NCBI RefSeq assembly: GCF_009834535.1 | Contig: NC_045696.1 | Coordinates: 46,254,001 to 46,318,000, forward strand | Source of the DNA: Camelus ferus | Lineage: Eukaryota | DNA: 64,000 bases | Direction of reading: 5' to 3' | Part shown: piece after piece, positions 48,691 to 61,410 of the stretch | Layout of the letters: every line of letters begins with the position of its first letter | Numbering within the stretch: position 1 is the stretch's first letter | Position numbers and translations under genes: made by a program | Notes under the pieces: generated by a model | Database searches by the model: none | What the model saw: only the letters and a program-made list of their open reading frames with translations | Told to the model about the DNA's origin: nothing

Positions 48691-49219
48691 CCTCTGTTCT
48701 CCAAGGTCAGGTAACAGCCGGATTACTAGTAACTAGGATAGTGAAGAGACTGAAAACATAAGAGGGACTAGGAAAGAAAGGGAATGAATAGTTGTTTAGT
48801 AATATAGTAATTTTAATAAAATTACTAATATAACTAACATTTGTTGAGTGTTTCTTGTAGGCTAGACGTTCCACCAAACATGTCATGTAAAATTAATAAC
48901 AGTAATAATAACAACAGTAATAACAGTAATAACCACCCCCAATAGCACTCACTGTGTGTCAGGTTTTGTTCCATGTGCTTTACATATGTAGCCCTTACAA
49001 CAAACCTACATATTACCATGCCCATTTATCACATGAGGAAATGGCAACCCTGGTAAGAAACCCATGCAGGTGATGTTCAGCCAGCTCACAAGAGACATGG
49101 CTGGGATTTGTATCTAGACGTGTTCCCAACAAAACTCCTATGATACCATGAGGCCTCCCTGGAGGCATGACTGAAGTCAAAGCTTAGCCTAAAGAAGAGA
49201 ATAAAGAGAGAAAGATCAA

Positions 49220-49640
49220 ACATTTGATGGGAAATGAATGAATAGAATATGGTATATCCATATAATATACTTCTCAGCAATAAAAATGAACTGAGCTTTT
49301 GAAAACAACAGGCAACAATCTGAATGAACCTCAAGATGATTATGGTGAGTGAAAGAAGCCAAAGACAAACAAAAAATAGATTAGAAAATACTAACTAATC
49401 TATATAGTGACAGAAAGCATATCAGTGGTTGCCTAGGGATGGTGGGAAGGGAACCTTGGAAAGACATGTGGGTAAGGATTACAAATGGGCAAAAGGAAAC
49501 TTTTGGGGGTAATAAGTGTACTCACTATCTTGATAATGGTGATGCTTTCAAGGGTATATAAATATGTTAAAATTTATTGAACTGTACACTTTAAATATGC
49601 ACAGTTTCTTGTATATAAGTTATAGTACAATAAAGCTATA
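49220..49640 (+). mobile_element. Old L1 (L1MB/ME-like) 3'UTR
   Basis: CTGAATGAACCTCAAG...GTGACAGAAAGCATATCAGTGGTTGCCTAGGG...AACTGTACACTTTAAATATG. Confidence 0.75.
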
Positions 49641-51206
49641 CAAAACACATTTGTATTTAAATATATTAAGTAAAATCCACAAATTCTATGAAGTAGCCAG
49701 TATTATTAGCCTATGTATAACTGATTGAAAATTGTGTTTGGTATAGGTTCAGACCTATAGAACAGGTAATTTTAATAAACCAACCCCTTCAGCATATCTA
49801 ATCTATACTCAATATGTCTTACCAATTTCGAAGTAGAAATATCAATTAAACAATCACTTAGGTTCTATGAAAATCTAACTCAACAGAAAATTCTAGTTCA
49901 TTAAAAAACAGTGGGGCCTTAAGAGGTTGTGAATTCTAAAAACTAAAATAATACTTAAATGGGATTATAATAGTAATAATAGTATTAGTTGAAGCAATAC
50001 CATTTCTTATTAAATTTCTCACTTAAAAAAAAATCCCAAAAGTCTCATTTTCCTTTGAAAATAAATAAGAAGGTAGGATTATTCACATTTAACAGATGTT
50101 AAAATTTAAGTTGACCCCATAATGTTTCATAACGTTTTTCTTAACTGCTTTTGATAACAATCACAGTATGTTTGGAAGTTTGCTTTGCTCAGTGTCAAAA
50201 CTTGGTTTAAAATTCAGTTGAATGGCCTGCTTTGTCACAGGAGTTCACTAATAAGCATAAGAGCCAGTGCTCTTTAAAGACATTAATTAGAACAATTAAA
50301 AGTAATTCACACAGCACGTGTTTTTAGGACTTGAAAGAAATATGATGTCAGTGAGCAAAGAATTCTAATCAAATTTGGAGACACTCCTATGGAACTATAC
50401 TTGGAATTTTTGAGGATTACTAATACATGTTGTTCTCAGGTTGTGGCTTAGTAGATACATGAAACCCACTGGTTCAGGAATGCAAAACTGAATGCATGAT
50501 AGAGGTGGGTTATGTACCCACTCTATATTTATTCCAATTTCAAAGGAAAACGTAAGTGGTTCTGTTCCGTCACTCTATTCCCAGGGAGAACAAAGTAATA
50601 CAAGTCAAGGATAAACTCAAGGATGCAAATGGGCCTCCAAGATAAGGAGAGAAGTGGAGTTTGAGGCAGGAGGAGTGAAGAACATCAAGCTCCCCAACTC
50701 GCTGCCGAGGGTGAGGGTGCGAGACGAGGGAGGAAAAGCCTAGAGGAGACTGCTCAGACCTTCTGGTGGGTGGTCCTGAAATAAAGGGGCGCAAAGACTC
50801 GGTTCCAGCAAGGAACAAGAGTGAAATAATAATATGGGTGTATTTGTCATTTCTTCCTTACTCCCAAGCACTGTAGGGGTAGATGGTTGCATAAAATCTC
50901 GGGATTCCAAGACTGGGGTCTCGGCTTTTAACAACTGACAATCAAATGAGAAGGAATGAGAGAATACCTATCTAGGGTTAATTATTAAAGTTCAATTAAG
51001 AGCCAACCCTACAAAACACCTCTGATGTTTCCCATTGTGGTATGGATAGTTATTCTAGTGTATTAAGAAATTTATAGAACCATGTTTACATAGCCCCTCT
51101 CTAGGCTCATTCATGCTGTGGATTTCTAACTGTATCAGGGACACTGCATTTGGTCAAGAATCATTAAGAACGAGGACTTGTAGAATCTCAATAAGTGGAG
51201 GGTAAC

Positions 51207-51372
51207 CAGGACCAGCCTCACAGGCCTGGCACCTGTGCAGTCACACAGGTCCCCCTCCCCCAACTTGGTTTAAAGTTCTGTAGTTGCTGCCTTCGAAATT
51301 TTTAATAAATTTTGAACAAAGGTTTCTGCATTTTCAGTTTGCATCAGGAGTCAGATTATGTAAGCAGTCCTG
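51207..51372. mobile_element. hAT-Tip100 MITE (MER91A-like)
   Basis: CAGGAC...GTCCTG inverted termini; ACCTGTGCAGTCACACAGG; decayed 8-bp TSD AGGGTAAC/AGTATAAC. Confidence 0.7.
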
Positions 51373-53079
51373 AGTATAACAATGCAGTATCTGGATTGCA
51401 GCTCCCTCCCTCTTGGCAAATCTCTTCTGCCTGGGCACCCTACTCCTGCTTTCGATATTTTTCAAAAGAAATGGTCATTCAAAGCAACTTGCTACTTCCA
51501 GACAAACTGTGTGTTCCATTGTTCCTTAACAAGAATTTTCAAATCTTGCCGAGTTCAAATTTATTTAATCCAAAATTTATTTTACGTTAAAAAAGAATGC
51601 CAGAGCTGTAATCTTATGAGTATAGTTTCACTCAGAATGTTTTTTCTTTATATACATTTGCATTGTATCTGTATTCCTTTTCACAGAGTAGCTGCTTCTT
51701 AACCACAACTACATCCACATGCCTTCCACGCATATCCACATGAACAACCTATTCAAAGTGTTTGACTTTTATTACCACATGTAAAATCATGCAGATTTGT
51801 GGATCATCCAGGGAAGCAAAGTGGGTACTGACTGATCCCTAATTTGTCCCTTCTTGGCTGCAAATGCCACTGGCAGAGAATGTCTAACACTATTTCCTAA
51901 AGAATGAGGCCCAAGTGATATTATGACCTACCAGGACTTGCTGATAATTGAAGTAAAGCTAAAATACTAAACACAGAGTCATTTTATAAGAAAGATATGA
52001 CTGGGTCCAGATCACACAACACTGATTTTCCCCCTATTGTTTTGTGTTATTTTATTTTCTTTAAGCTAACTTTTAAAGGGTTATGTCTACAGCAGCCTAG
52101 GGAACACACACAGCTGTGTCTGTTATGGTGAATTAGATTTTCTGGCTGCAGGAAAAGTTACAAGATCTGTAAACTGCCTCTTTGGAGTGAAGAGAGAAAG
52201 AGAGCTAAATGTGAATAAATGCTGCATTAGAGGTGATGGCAAAAAGAGAAGCTGATGGATGAAGTCCACAAAATTCGGATATTGAGACTACTCATTTGTA
52301 TCACACACTCTTTCTAAAAGATTCCAATTTCAGTAATTGTTCAAGTACTTTCATAAGTACAGAGAAACCCCATTAATTTGGATGCTTTCAACTTAAAATT
52401 TGTATAAGCAATATGATAGAACTCTGCTGGTTTCCCTTTTTATATAGTGGACATAAAAGTAACTGGTATAAAGATGGTAATTAAAAAGTAAACTATGTTT
52501 TTTTAAAAAAGAACAATTTTAGGTGTTTTATAACTCATAGCTTTATTTAAACATATTTCTGGAGTTGAGTACATACTACGCGCAGGACGTCAAGCTACGC
52601 AGGGCTGGTGCTATAAAGAAGCATAAATTAAAGGCCTGTCTTCAGTGAGCTGAGAGGCCAGGGGTGAAACAGGACAGGTATATGGAATGTGATTCTCAAC
52701 ACCAGGTATCTTCAAAAGTACGGAATGAAGGCTTCAAATAATCTGTTCTGCGCATTAGGGCAAATCTCCTAAAGCATAAAGTGGTCATTGCTCTGTTACA
52801 GAGTTACTGTTAAGTACTTGAGATTTTAATTTTTTATTTCTTTTAAGTTCTGTAATGCCGATTTTCTTCTTGATTGAAATGCTTTCACTCAACCTTTAGT
52901 TGTTGAGCATCTACTTCAAGTAAGAGATGGTGCTAGGTGTTAAAAGGAACATACAGAGGAAGATGCGGTTCCTGACCTCAAAGATCTGGATGGATTCCCG
53001 AATGAACATTTCCCAAGGTACGTGAAGTTATAACAGGAGCAGCCTAAGCAGCCTGCTATGAAAGCGCAGACACAGGCTA

Positions 53080-53525
53080 TTACGCTGGGTTCCACCAAAA
53101 GCCAACCCTGAGACAAGAATGTGCGTGCAGATGGTTTATTTGGGAGGTAACAGAAAGCACCAGCAGGGCAGCAGGCAAAGAAGCAAGGTAGCCAGTAACA
53201 AAAGGGGCACTACTGGGCAGATTCCTCTTGGGAGCAACTGGGGCTCAATCCTGCTGGGAAGTTCTGGGAGACAGTACAGACGATGTCTCCGTTATCCTAA
53301 CCGAGGGGCGAGGACTCCTGGGTATTTATCTTCCAGCTTGCTTCATTCATTGGTTGAGAGCTACTTCTGGAAAATGAAAACTCCTGGCTCTTGTGGTCTG
53401 CCTGCTTCCAGGTGCAAGAGGAAAGTCCTCAGGCAGCTGCTCACAGCTGGAAGCCCATTTCGTTGGAGTGCATGGGAATGATGTTCCTAGGGGGAAAGGG
53501 CAGGGTACTCATAGTAGCTACTCCG
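53080..53525 (-). mobile_element. ERVL solo LTR (LTR33-like)
   Basis: CCCTGAGACAAG...GTTTATTTGGGAGG...GCAACTGGGGCTCAATCCTGCTGGG characteristic of LTR33. Confidence 0.7.
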
Positions 53526-53973
53526 CAAGGAGAAAATGTGATTCCAGATAGGATTATTAAAGAAGGCTGTTGGAAGTAGTGGTGTTTTAGTAAAGCCACA
53601 CAAGAGGAAGGTGGTGATGGAGGAAAGGCCACATGGACAGTAACGACTATAGTAACTATACGACTATTCCCACAGGGATGGAGAGAGGCATGTAGCAGTC
53701 ACTAAAGACAAACAGCCCTGGGTAAACAGAATTTAGGGTTCACAAAGAAGGAGGACTAGAAGGGAATATGGCTAAAAGACAGGCTGCAATCAGAATGAGA
53801 AGGCCTCTTTAAATGTCCCATCTAGCAACTTTAAAGTCTATACTATAGATCTTGAAGACGTTGAATATGTTTGCTAACTCGAGTGACATGATAAAATTTT
53901 TATTTTAGCAAGATTACTCTGAAAACTTTGTCATAATGTTCAGAATGGAGGGTGGATAGGAGGCTATTGCTAC

Positions 53974-54025
53974 AGCCAGCATGAGACACAGTCAGCAATA
54001 GCCAGCATGAGACACAGTCAGCAAT
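53974..54025. repeat. Perfect 26-bp tandem duplication within an L2 fragment
   Basis: AGCCAGCATGAGACACAGTCAGCAAT x2. Confidence 0.95.
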
Positions 54026-56699
54026 GGTTCAAGGAGAGGGACAGTAAGAACAGAGAAGGAGTACGGGCAGAAGGCACTTTGGGAGAAGCTCCCACGGCTG
54101 GGTACCAGAGAGGAAGATGGAGGAGCAGATGAGCATCCCACAGATTAAGCCTGGTGACATACAGGACTGATGTCTTTAACTGAGGTAATAAATCACAGCA
54201 GGAATAGAAAGTTTTGTGGTTGGAATTTGGATCTGTTGAATTCAAGGTAGGCTGTTAATCTGGAGCAGTCCAGCAAGCATTTAGAAAGGTATGTCCAGAG
54301 ACAGCTGGAGCCAGAGATATACATTTAAGATTTATCCAAAAGAACTTTCCAAGGAAGAGGATAAAGTGAGACAATTCCAGGTTGGTTCCCTCCCAGATAC
54401 TCAGAATTAGTGATGTCTTCCTGTACAAATAACTTGGAGCAATCATTTCAGGATACTCACTAATTAGGATATAGAATTTCACCCTCCAATTTTTCTTTTG
54501 AATATGAGAGTTAAAGGCTTACCAAGTTTTAAAATATAAAACATTTCCTTTTCTTACTAAATATAATTTATTCTATGAATCAGAATATAGGAATTACAAG
54601 CATAAATTGAGGATAAATTACAAATGCATTGTTCAGATCTTTTGGATAATGGCTAAAAGTACCTGAACCACTACATCATGACAGCAGTGATTGACTGATT
54701 CCAGAAATACTCCAACTGTGTTCCAGGAAGGGAGCTACTAATTTTACAGTATAAAACAAAGCAGTTACCCACTTCACATTTGCCAAGCTCCTCTAATATC
54801 CTAATCTGGCCACTTGGCTGCCTTTTCCAAAGTCTGGGTGACTGGTGATCCGCTACTCCAAAGGCTCAGCAGAATATCCCCTGAGCAACTTCAGGTCAGG
54901 CCACCTCTCTGCGGTTTTCCTTACTAAGGCTCAGCAAACAGACAGTGATAGGACATGGGCTGAAGTTTGCAGAGGTCCAATAAATAATACTATTGTTCTC
55001 CTCATTTGAGTTTTGGATCAAAAGACATCAGGCCAATGGAGAAGAACATATCACCTTTATTATTATCATGATTATGATCGTCACCACCATCACAACCATC
55101 ATCACTGATAAAGATCAGGATAGGAGATGTGGCTTAGATGAGGAACAATGGACATGCTAATGCCGAACCCTTGAATTAGAATTTATCCACCAAGTCATAT
55201 GCAAAAGTAGAGAACCACAGGCCTCCTTACGTATGAACCAACCTTGTAAAACAAACTTCAGGCACAGAAAAGACAACCAGAAATGATGCTCCCAGCATCA
55301 AAAGTAAAAGAAAGGAAAAGGGCTGTGGAGCCATGCACGCCCAGTTCCTTATCGCATTTCACCAACAAGTGAAGTCATTTATTCTTCAGTCACTTCTTTA
55401 CTTGGATGCCCTGTATCTTGAAAACATGAAGCCATCTGAAACAGACTCCTCTCTTCTTTGTTACCCACCTCCCTTCTGCACTATCCACAAATCTATAGTC
55501 CAAGGACTTAAGAGCAGTTGGAAAACAAAATCTAGAGTTAGAAAAATCTTTTGAGATCACTGACCCTGAACTGTCAGTGCAGGGATGTGAAGTGACTTGC
55601 CCAAAGTCACACAGTTCATTAGTGAAAGATCTTAAGCTAGGATACTTCAGCTTAAAGAAGAGATCTGAAAAAACACAGTTTCTTGATTCCACAATTTTGT
55701 GTACCACCCAAAGGTGCCTTTGAGCAGAAACATCAGCCAGATTGTGATAACTTTTCGAAAGAATCTCTAACCCAGAGAGGAACTTAATAAAGCAGCAGAT
55801 TTTCACATGGCCCTTAATTATCCTGATCTGAGCAATATTTTCTGAGGTCACTGGCTATGCTCCTTCTTCTACTCTAGAAGATTCAGTCTTTTCTACCCAA
55901 GAAATGGCAAAAGACTTATCCTGTCCATTTGTTTCTGTGGAATCACTTCCCAATTGGCACAGAGCCTGGCAAATAGTAAGCACTCAATAAATGGGAAATA
56001 ATAAATGAATTAATAAATAAATGGACAAATGAATAAAGTTTCTCTCTCATTTGAAAAGAGTACACGAAAAAAATTGATGCGGTTACAGTTAAGGCAATTA
56101 AAAAATCTCAATGGAGAAATGTATCAATTTACTTTCTGAAAGTTTTTGTTTGAAACAGTTATTAGCAAATATTAACAATTATTCAAGTTGACTTCGGTGA
56201 ACAGAATGGAAAGGAAACCTGAGAATAAAAAAACAGCAGGACAAAGATCCAACTGGAAAAAAAGTAGTCAGGAAAGCCTTAATATTTATGAGGGGCAGTC
56301 CTGACAACCTGAGTGATTCTCCAGATTGACAAGAAAATGGTAAACACTAAGCCAACTTCACTCCTGAGCAAAATGCTTCCCTTCTGAATACCAGCCTATT
56401 TGAAGTTTATATTTACGCCAGGAACTTTACACGTGCTATTCTATTTCAACCTTTACAGTCACTTCATTATAGGCATTATAAACTCTACCACAAATCATAC
56501 ATGTCACGGACCTTCACAACTGTTAAGTTGAAATACCAAGCTTATGTAGTATACATCTATCTTTAAACTTTCATCTTTCTCTCCTCTTTGGCTAAAAATT
56601 TCACTCTTGCTCATTCACACGTCATCAACCCCTTAATCTAAAAAGTATTTAGTAAACAATAGGTGGGATAATAAATTTACACAAATGGGAAATAAACAA

Positions 56700-58435
56700 C
56701 TTATTAATGAAATTAAGAATGCAATCCTATTCAAAATACCATCACAAGCAAAAAATACTTAGAATAAGTTTAACAAAAGAAATGCAAGGCTCGTATACTA
56801 AAAATTTTTAAACTTTGCTAAAGAAGATCTAAATAAATGGAGAGACATTCCACATTCATGGAAAGAAAGACTCAATATTGCTAAGATTAGTCTCCCCAAA
56901 TTGAGCTATACATTCAATCCAATTCTTATCAAAGTTCCAGCAGATTTCTTTTGCAGAAATTGACAAGCAGATCCAGAAATTTAAATGAAAACATAAAACA
57001 TCAAGAATAGCCAAAACAATTTGGGGAAAGAATAAGCTGTAGGACTTTCACTTCCCAATTTAAAAACTTACCATAAAGCTACAGTTATCGAGACAGTGTG
57101 GTACTAGTATAAATATAGACAGATCAGTGGAACAGAATTGAGTCCAGAAATAAATCTTTATATTTGTAGTCAATTGAGTTTTGACAAAAGTACCAAGGCA
57201 ATTCACTGGGGAAAGGATTCTGCTCAACAAGTGGTGCTAGGACAAATGAGTATCAACATGCAAAAAATTACCTTAGATCCTCATATCACACCATACACCA
57301 AAATTAACTAAAAATGGATCCACAAACTTAAATGTAAGAGCTGAAACAACACAGCTTTTGGAAGAAGAAAATATAGGAGAAAATCTTCACTATTATAGAT
57401 TAGGTAAACTTTCTTAGATATGACACTAAAAGCATAGTGCATACAAGAACAAAAAAGATACCAAAACTCAAAACATTTTTACTTCAAAGTACATCATTAA
57501 GAAAATAAAAACACAAGTAACAGACTAGGAGAAAATATCTGCAAACTTTATATCAGATTAAAGATTTGTATCCAGGGTATACAGAGAGCCCTTACAACTC
57601 AGTAATAAGAAGACCAAAAGCTCAATCAACAAATGGGCAGAGACATGAATAGAGAGTTCACCAAAGAAGGTATGTGGACAGGTAACAGGCAAATGAAAAG
57701 ATGCTCAACATCATTATTCATTAGGCAAATGTAAATTAAAACCCCAGTGAGATATCATTTTACACCCACTAGAATTGCTTGAAGACAGACAATAACAAAT
57801 GTTGGCCAGGATTTGGAGAAATGGGAACACTTATCCATTGCTGATAAGAATGTCAATTGTACAGCCACTTTGGAAAACAATTTGGCAGTTTCTTAAAAAG
57901 TTGAACATAAAATTCCCATACAATCCAACAAGTCTACTCCGAGGTGTCCACTCAAGAGAAATGAACACATGTCCACACAAAGACTTGCACCAAATGTTCA
58001 TACGAACACATACTGGAAACAGCTCATCAACTGGTGAATCAATACACAAAATGTGGTCTATCTATACAATGGAATGCTATTCAACAATAAAAAGGAGCCA
58101 TGTAATTGATGAACTTCAGAAATACCACATGAAGTGAAGCCAGACACAAAGACCACATATTGTAAGATTCCATTTTTATAAAATTTCCAAAAAAAGGGCA
58201 AATGTATAGACAAAGAAAGTAAAAGACTGGCTCCTGGGGCTAGGGGTACTAGCTAGGATTAACTGTAAATAAGCATGAGGGATCTTATTAGGGGGATGAA
58301 AACGTTCTAAAATTTTTTTTATGGTGATGGTTGTACCCTTTAGTAAAGTTACTAAACATCATTGAATTGTATACCTGAATTAGGTAAATTTTATATGTAA
58401 AAGATACCCCAATGAAGTTGTTAAATTAAAAAATA
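56700..58435 (+). mobile_element. L1MB-like 5'-truncated element (decayed ORF2 C-terminal part + 3'UTR)
   Basis: ORF2 remnants EDLNKWRDIPHSWKERLNIAK...LPKL (~56823) and VQPLWKTIWQFLKKLNI (ORF 57799-58137); multiple stops and frameshifts. Confidence 0.9.
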
Positions 58436-58934
58436 AACTATATTCTACTAGTAAAAGTCAAACTGTATCACTTGATTCTAGATGGACTACACATCCTTTA
58501 GTCAAACTCAAATCTTAAAGTCATTATTGGAATATTCCTCTACTTCATGGTCACACAGAGCAGGTATTAAGGCATTCCCGGTTTTTCCTGTGAATTTTAC
58601 TGCATGAGCCCATTTCTTTATTTTTCTTTCTGAAGCCATCTTACTCATCCAGATCTTTATTAGTTCCTTACTTAATTTTGTTATAATCATTAAGTGTTTT
58701 CTCTAACTCTATTTACTCCCTATGGGTTAAACTGCATTAATTACTAGACTAATTCTCCAGTAACATTGGTTTCATCAGGTTACACTCTCTATCCCCAGAC
58801 CTCTAATTGTTCTCATTGCAGTATACTGTGCAAACAATGGCCTTCCTGTTTGGACCCACCCTATATTTCCAATTTTATTTTCCAGTCTTATTACAATCCC
58901 TTTACTCTATCAGATTGGTTTCTTCATTGTCCCC

Positions 58935-59295
58935 TGTGTTAGTTTCCTAGGGCTGCCGTAAAAAACTGCTACAAACTAGAGTGCTGAAAACAACAGAAAT
59001 ATGTTCTCTTACCCTTCTGGAGGCTAGGAGTCTCAAATCAAGGTTTCAGCAGGGCTCTGTTCCCTCCTACGAGTTTTCTGAAGTATCCTTCATTGCTGCT
59101 TCTGGCTTCTGGCACTGCTAGCAATCCCTCGTGTTCCTTGACTTGAATACATGTCCCTTTCCAATCTCTACCTCCATCTTTACATGGCCTTCTCTGGGTG
59201 TCCTCTCTTTTTCTTTTAAGGATCCTTGTCTTCAGGCCCACCCTAATCCAGGATGAACTCATTTCAAGATCCTAAACTCAATTACATTTGCAAAG
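58935..59295 (-). mobile_element. MaLR LTR (MLT1C-like)
   Basis: TGTGTTAGTTTCCTAGGGCTGCC...TTCTGGAGGCTAGGAGTC...CCCACCCTAATCCAGGATGA. Confidence 0.85.
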
Positions 59296-59474
59296 AAAAA
59301 AATGTCTAAAATGGCTTCTTAGATGGGCAATAATGAAAAACATGTCAGAAACACTGCTTGAAAGTGTATCAGAATCACCTGTGGAGCTTGACAAATTGCA
59401 CGTGGCTAAGCCCCCAGAGATTCTGATCAGGCGTTTGGTCTGTGGCCCAGAATTCTGTATATTGAATGACAACT

Positions 59475-59650
59475 AACATTTGCATGCTTACTACCGAGTA
59501 TTCTTCCAAATGCACCCACTCATTACCTTCACTTTACAGATGAAAAAAACAGGCACACAGAATATTTGCCCAAGGTCACATAGCTAGTAAAAGACGGAAA
59601 AGATTTGAACCCAGGCATTCGTGCTCACATACTTAACCCCTAATTATATA
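59475..59650 (-). repeat. MIR SINE
   Basis: TTTACAGATGAAAAAAACAGGCAC...GCCCAAGGTCACATAGCTAGTAA...GATTTGAACCCAGGC. Confidence 0.8.
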
Positions 59651-60071
59651 GCCTCAAGTGCCAGAGCTTGTGCTGGAGGGTAGGAGACATGCCTCATAGC
59701 ACTGTCTATTCCTTCCACAAGCAGCAGAATGCTTCATATACAGAAGAGGCCAAAGAGCATCTGTGGAATTAATGACTATGATACAAATAAGGAACCAAAG
59801 AACTGCCAGCCAGACAACAGTAGGACGATGCGGCACCTTGTATCAAGATCGTAGGTTAGGATCACAGGGGTTAGATTCCACTGACTGACTGGGTTAGTTA
59901 TGAAGCTGGTTAAACGGGCAAGGATAAGAACACTTTCTTGAGAGGTATGGGTACTACTTGGGAAATCTCCAGCGCTTTACCACTGTTAACGCAAGGTTAA
60001 GCCAACAACAATCTCAAAATGTTCATTCTCATTGTTTCAAAGCCACGTGGTGGTTTGGGGTTCCTTTAGAT

Positions 60072-60597
60072 CAGGGATTCTTTTCTTAAGTTTCATAGAC
60101 TCCTCTGGCAACCATATATGAACTCACATAGCATATATTTAGAAAATTATTCTGAGAAAGGTTGAAGCCTATAGACACTTCTCAGAGAAATGTTTCTAAT
60201 GTGTAAATGTGTAATATGAGATGACAAAGGCAAGCAACTATATTGAATTTTATGTATCAAAAAATTCTTAACGTGTGGTAGGGTAATATGTTTCCTCATT
60301 AACATTTTTAAAAAGATATAGTGACAAGTCTAAAAACAACTCTAATTTGAAGTTGTGATGAGTGTAAACCATAATTCAAACTATCCGTAACAACTAAAAT
60401 GTGACACAGTAACATCTATGATTTCTATTGGTGACAAAGAGTCACAGGTACTGCTAACACTAATGTGGTTTGTTGCCAAATTCACAGTAGAAAGAAATGT
60501 TAATTTTCAGTTAAAGGTTAGTGAAAATAAAGATGTAAATGTTTTCCTATCCATGGACCCCTTGGGGGGACCTGTGGATCCCAGGTTAAAATCCCCA
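60072..60597. mobile_element. hAT-Charlie element (MER119-like)
   Basis: GAAGCCTATAGACACTTCTCAGA, GATTTCTATTGGTGACAAAG, GGATCCCAGGTTAAAATCCCC. Confidence 0.7.
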
Positions 60598-60741
60598 CTA
60601 TGGAACTGCAATAGCCTAGCCCTATCTGCTCCCTCCTGCCCAACCTGGCCTGTCTTGATTTAAAGAAACTCCACAGACTAGCTCCATCACTGTTAAAATT
60701 TCTGGCCAGGAAAGTGTCTCCAGAAGTACACAACACAGTCT

Positions 60742-61077
60742 CTCTCTCTCTTTTTTTATTTTTTTATTTTATTTTTAATTGTTTAAAATTGAAGTATAGT
60801 TGATTTACAATGTGTTAATTTCCGATGTACAGCATAGTGATTCAGTCATATATGTATATATAATATATATATTATATATGTATATTCCTTTTCATATTCT
60901 TTTTCATTATAGGCTACTACAAGATAGTGAATATAGTTCCCTGTGCCATGCAGTAAGACCTTGCTGTTTATCTATTTTATATATAGTAGTTAGTATCTGC
61001 AAATCCTTAACTCCCAGTTTCTCTCTCCACACTCCCCTTTCCCCCCCGGTAAACACAAGCTTGTTTCTCTGTCCAGG
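60742..61077 (-). mobile_element. 5'-truncated cetartiodactyl-type L1 3' end
   Basis: T-rich tail, ATTGAAGTATAGTTGATTTACAATG...ATAGTTCCCTGTGCCATGCAGTA; 9-bp TSD ACACAGTCT at 60733-60741 and 61078-61086. Confidence 0.85.
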
Positions 61078-61209
61078 ACACAGTCTTTCGACACAGCAAT
61101 AGCTTTGGACACAGTGACCCATATGATGAGAAGAATTGAGAAGTGCTGTGGGGAAGGATTAGTTAGAAAAGTACTTCTGGAAAGTAGCCTTTATCTTTGC
61201 TTTGCTTAA

Positions 61210-61410
61210 CAATCACTGGAGAATCTAGGAAAAAAATGCAGACTCATGGACATGCCCACAATCCCCACCACCACTCCCTACAAAACTTTCTTTACACACA
61301 CACACACACACACACACACCCTCAGAGCTTCTAATTCAGTGGGTCTAGGGTAGGGGCCCAGGAATCTGCATTTTAAATGACCTCATCAGGTAATTAAGCT
61401 GCTGCTGACC
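61210..61410. mobile_element. MER5A-like MITE containing (AC)13 at 61294-61319
   Basis: TTCTAATTCAGTGGGTCTAGGGTAGGGGCCCAGGAATCTGCATTTTAA. Confidence 0.7.

Noticed and set aside
57799..58137. 112-aa protein-coding ORF
   Set aside because: Remnant of L1 ORF2 C-terminus within a stop-riddled L1
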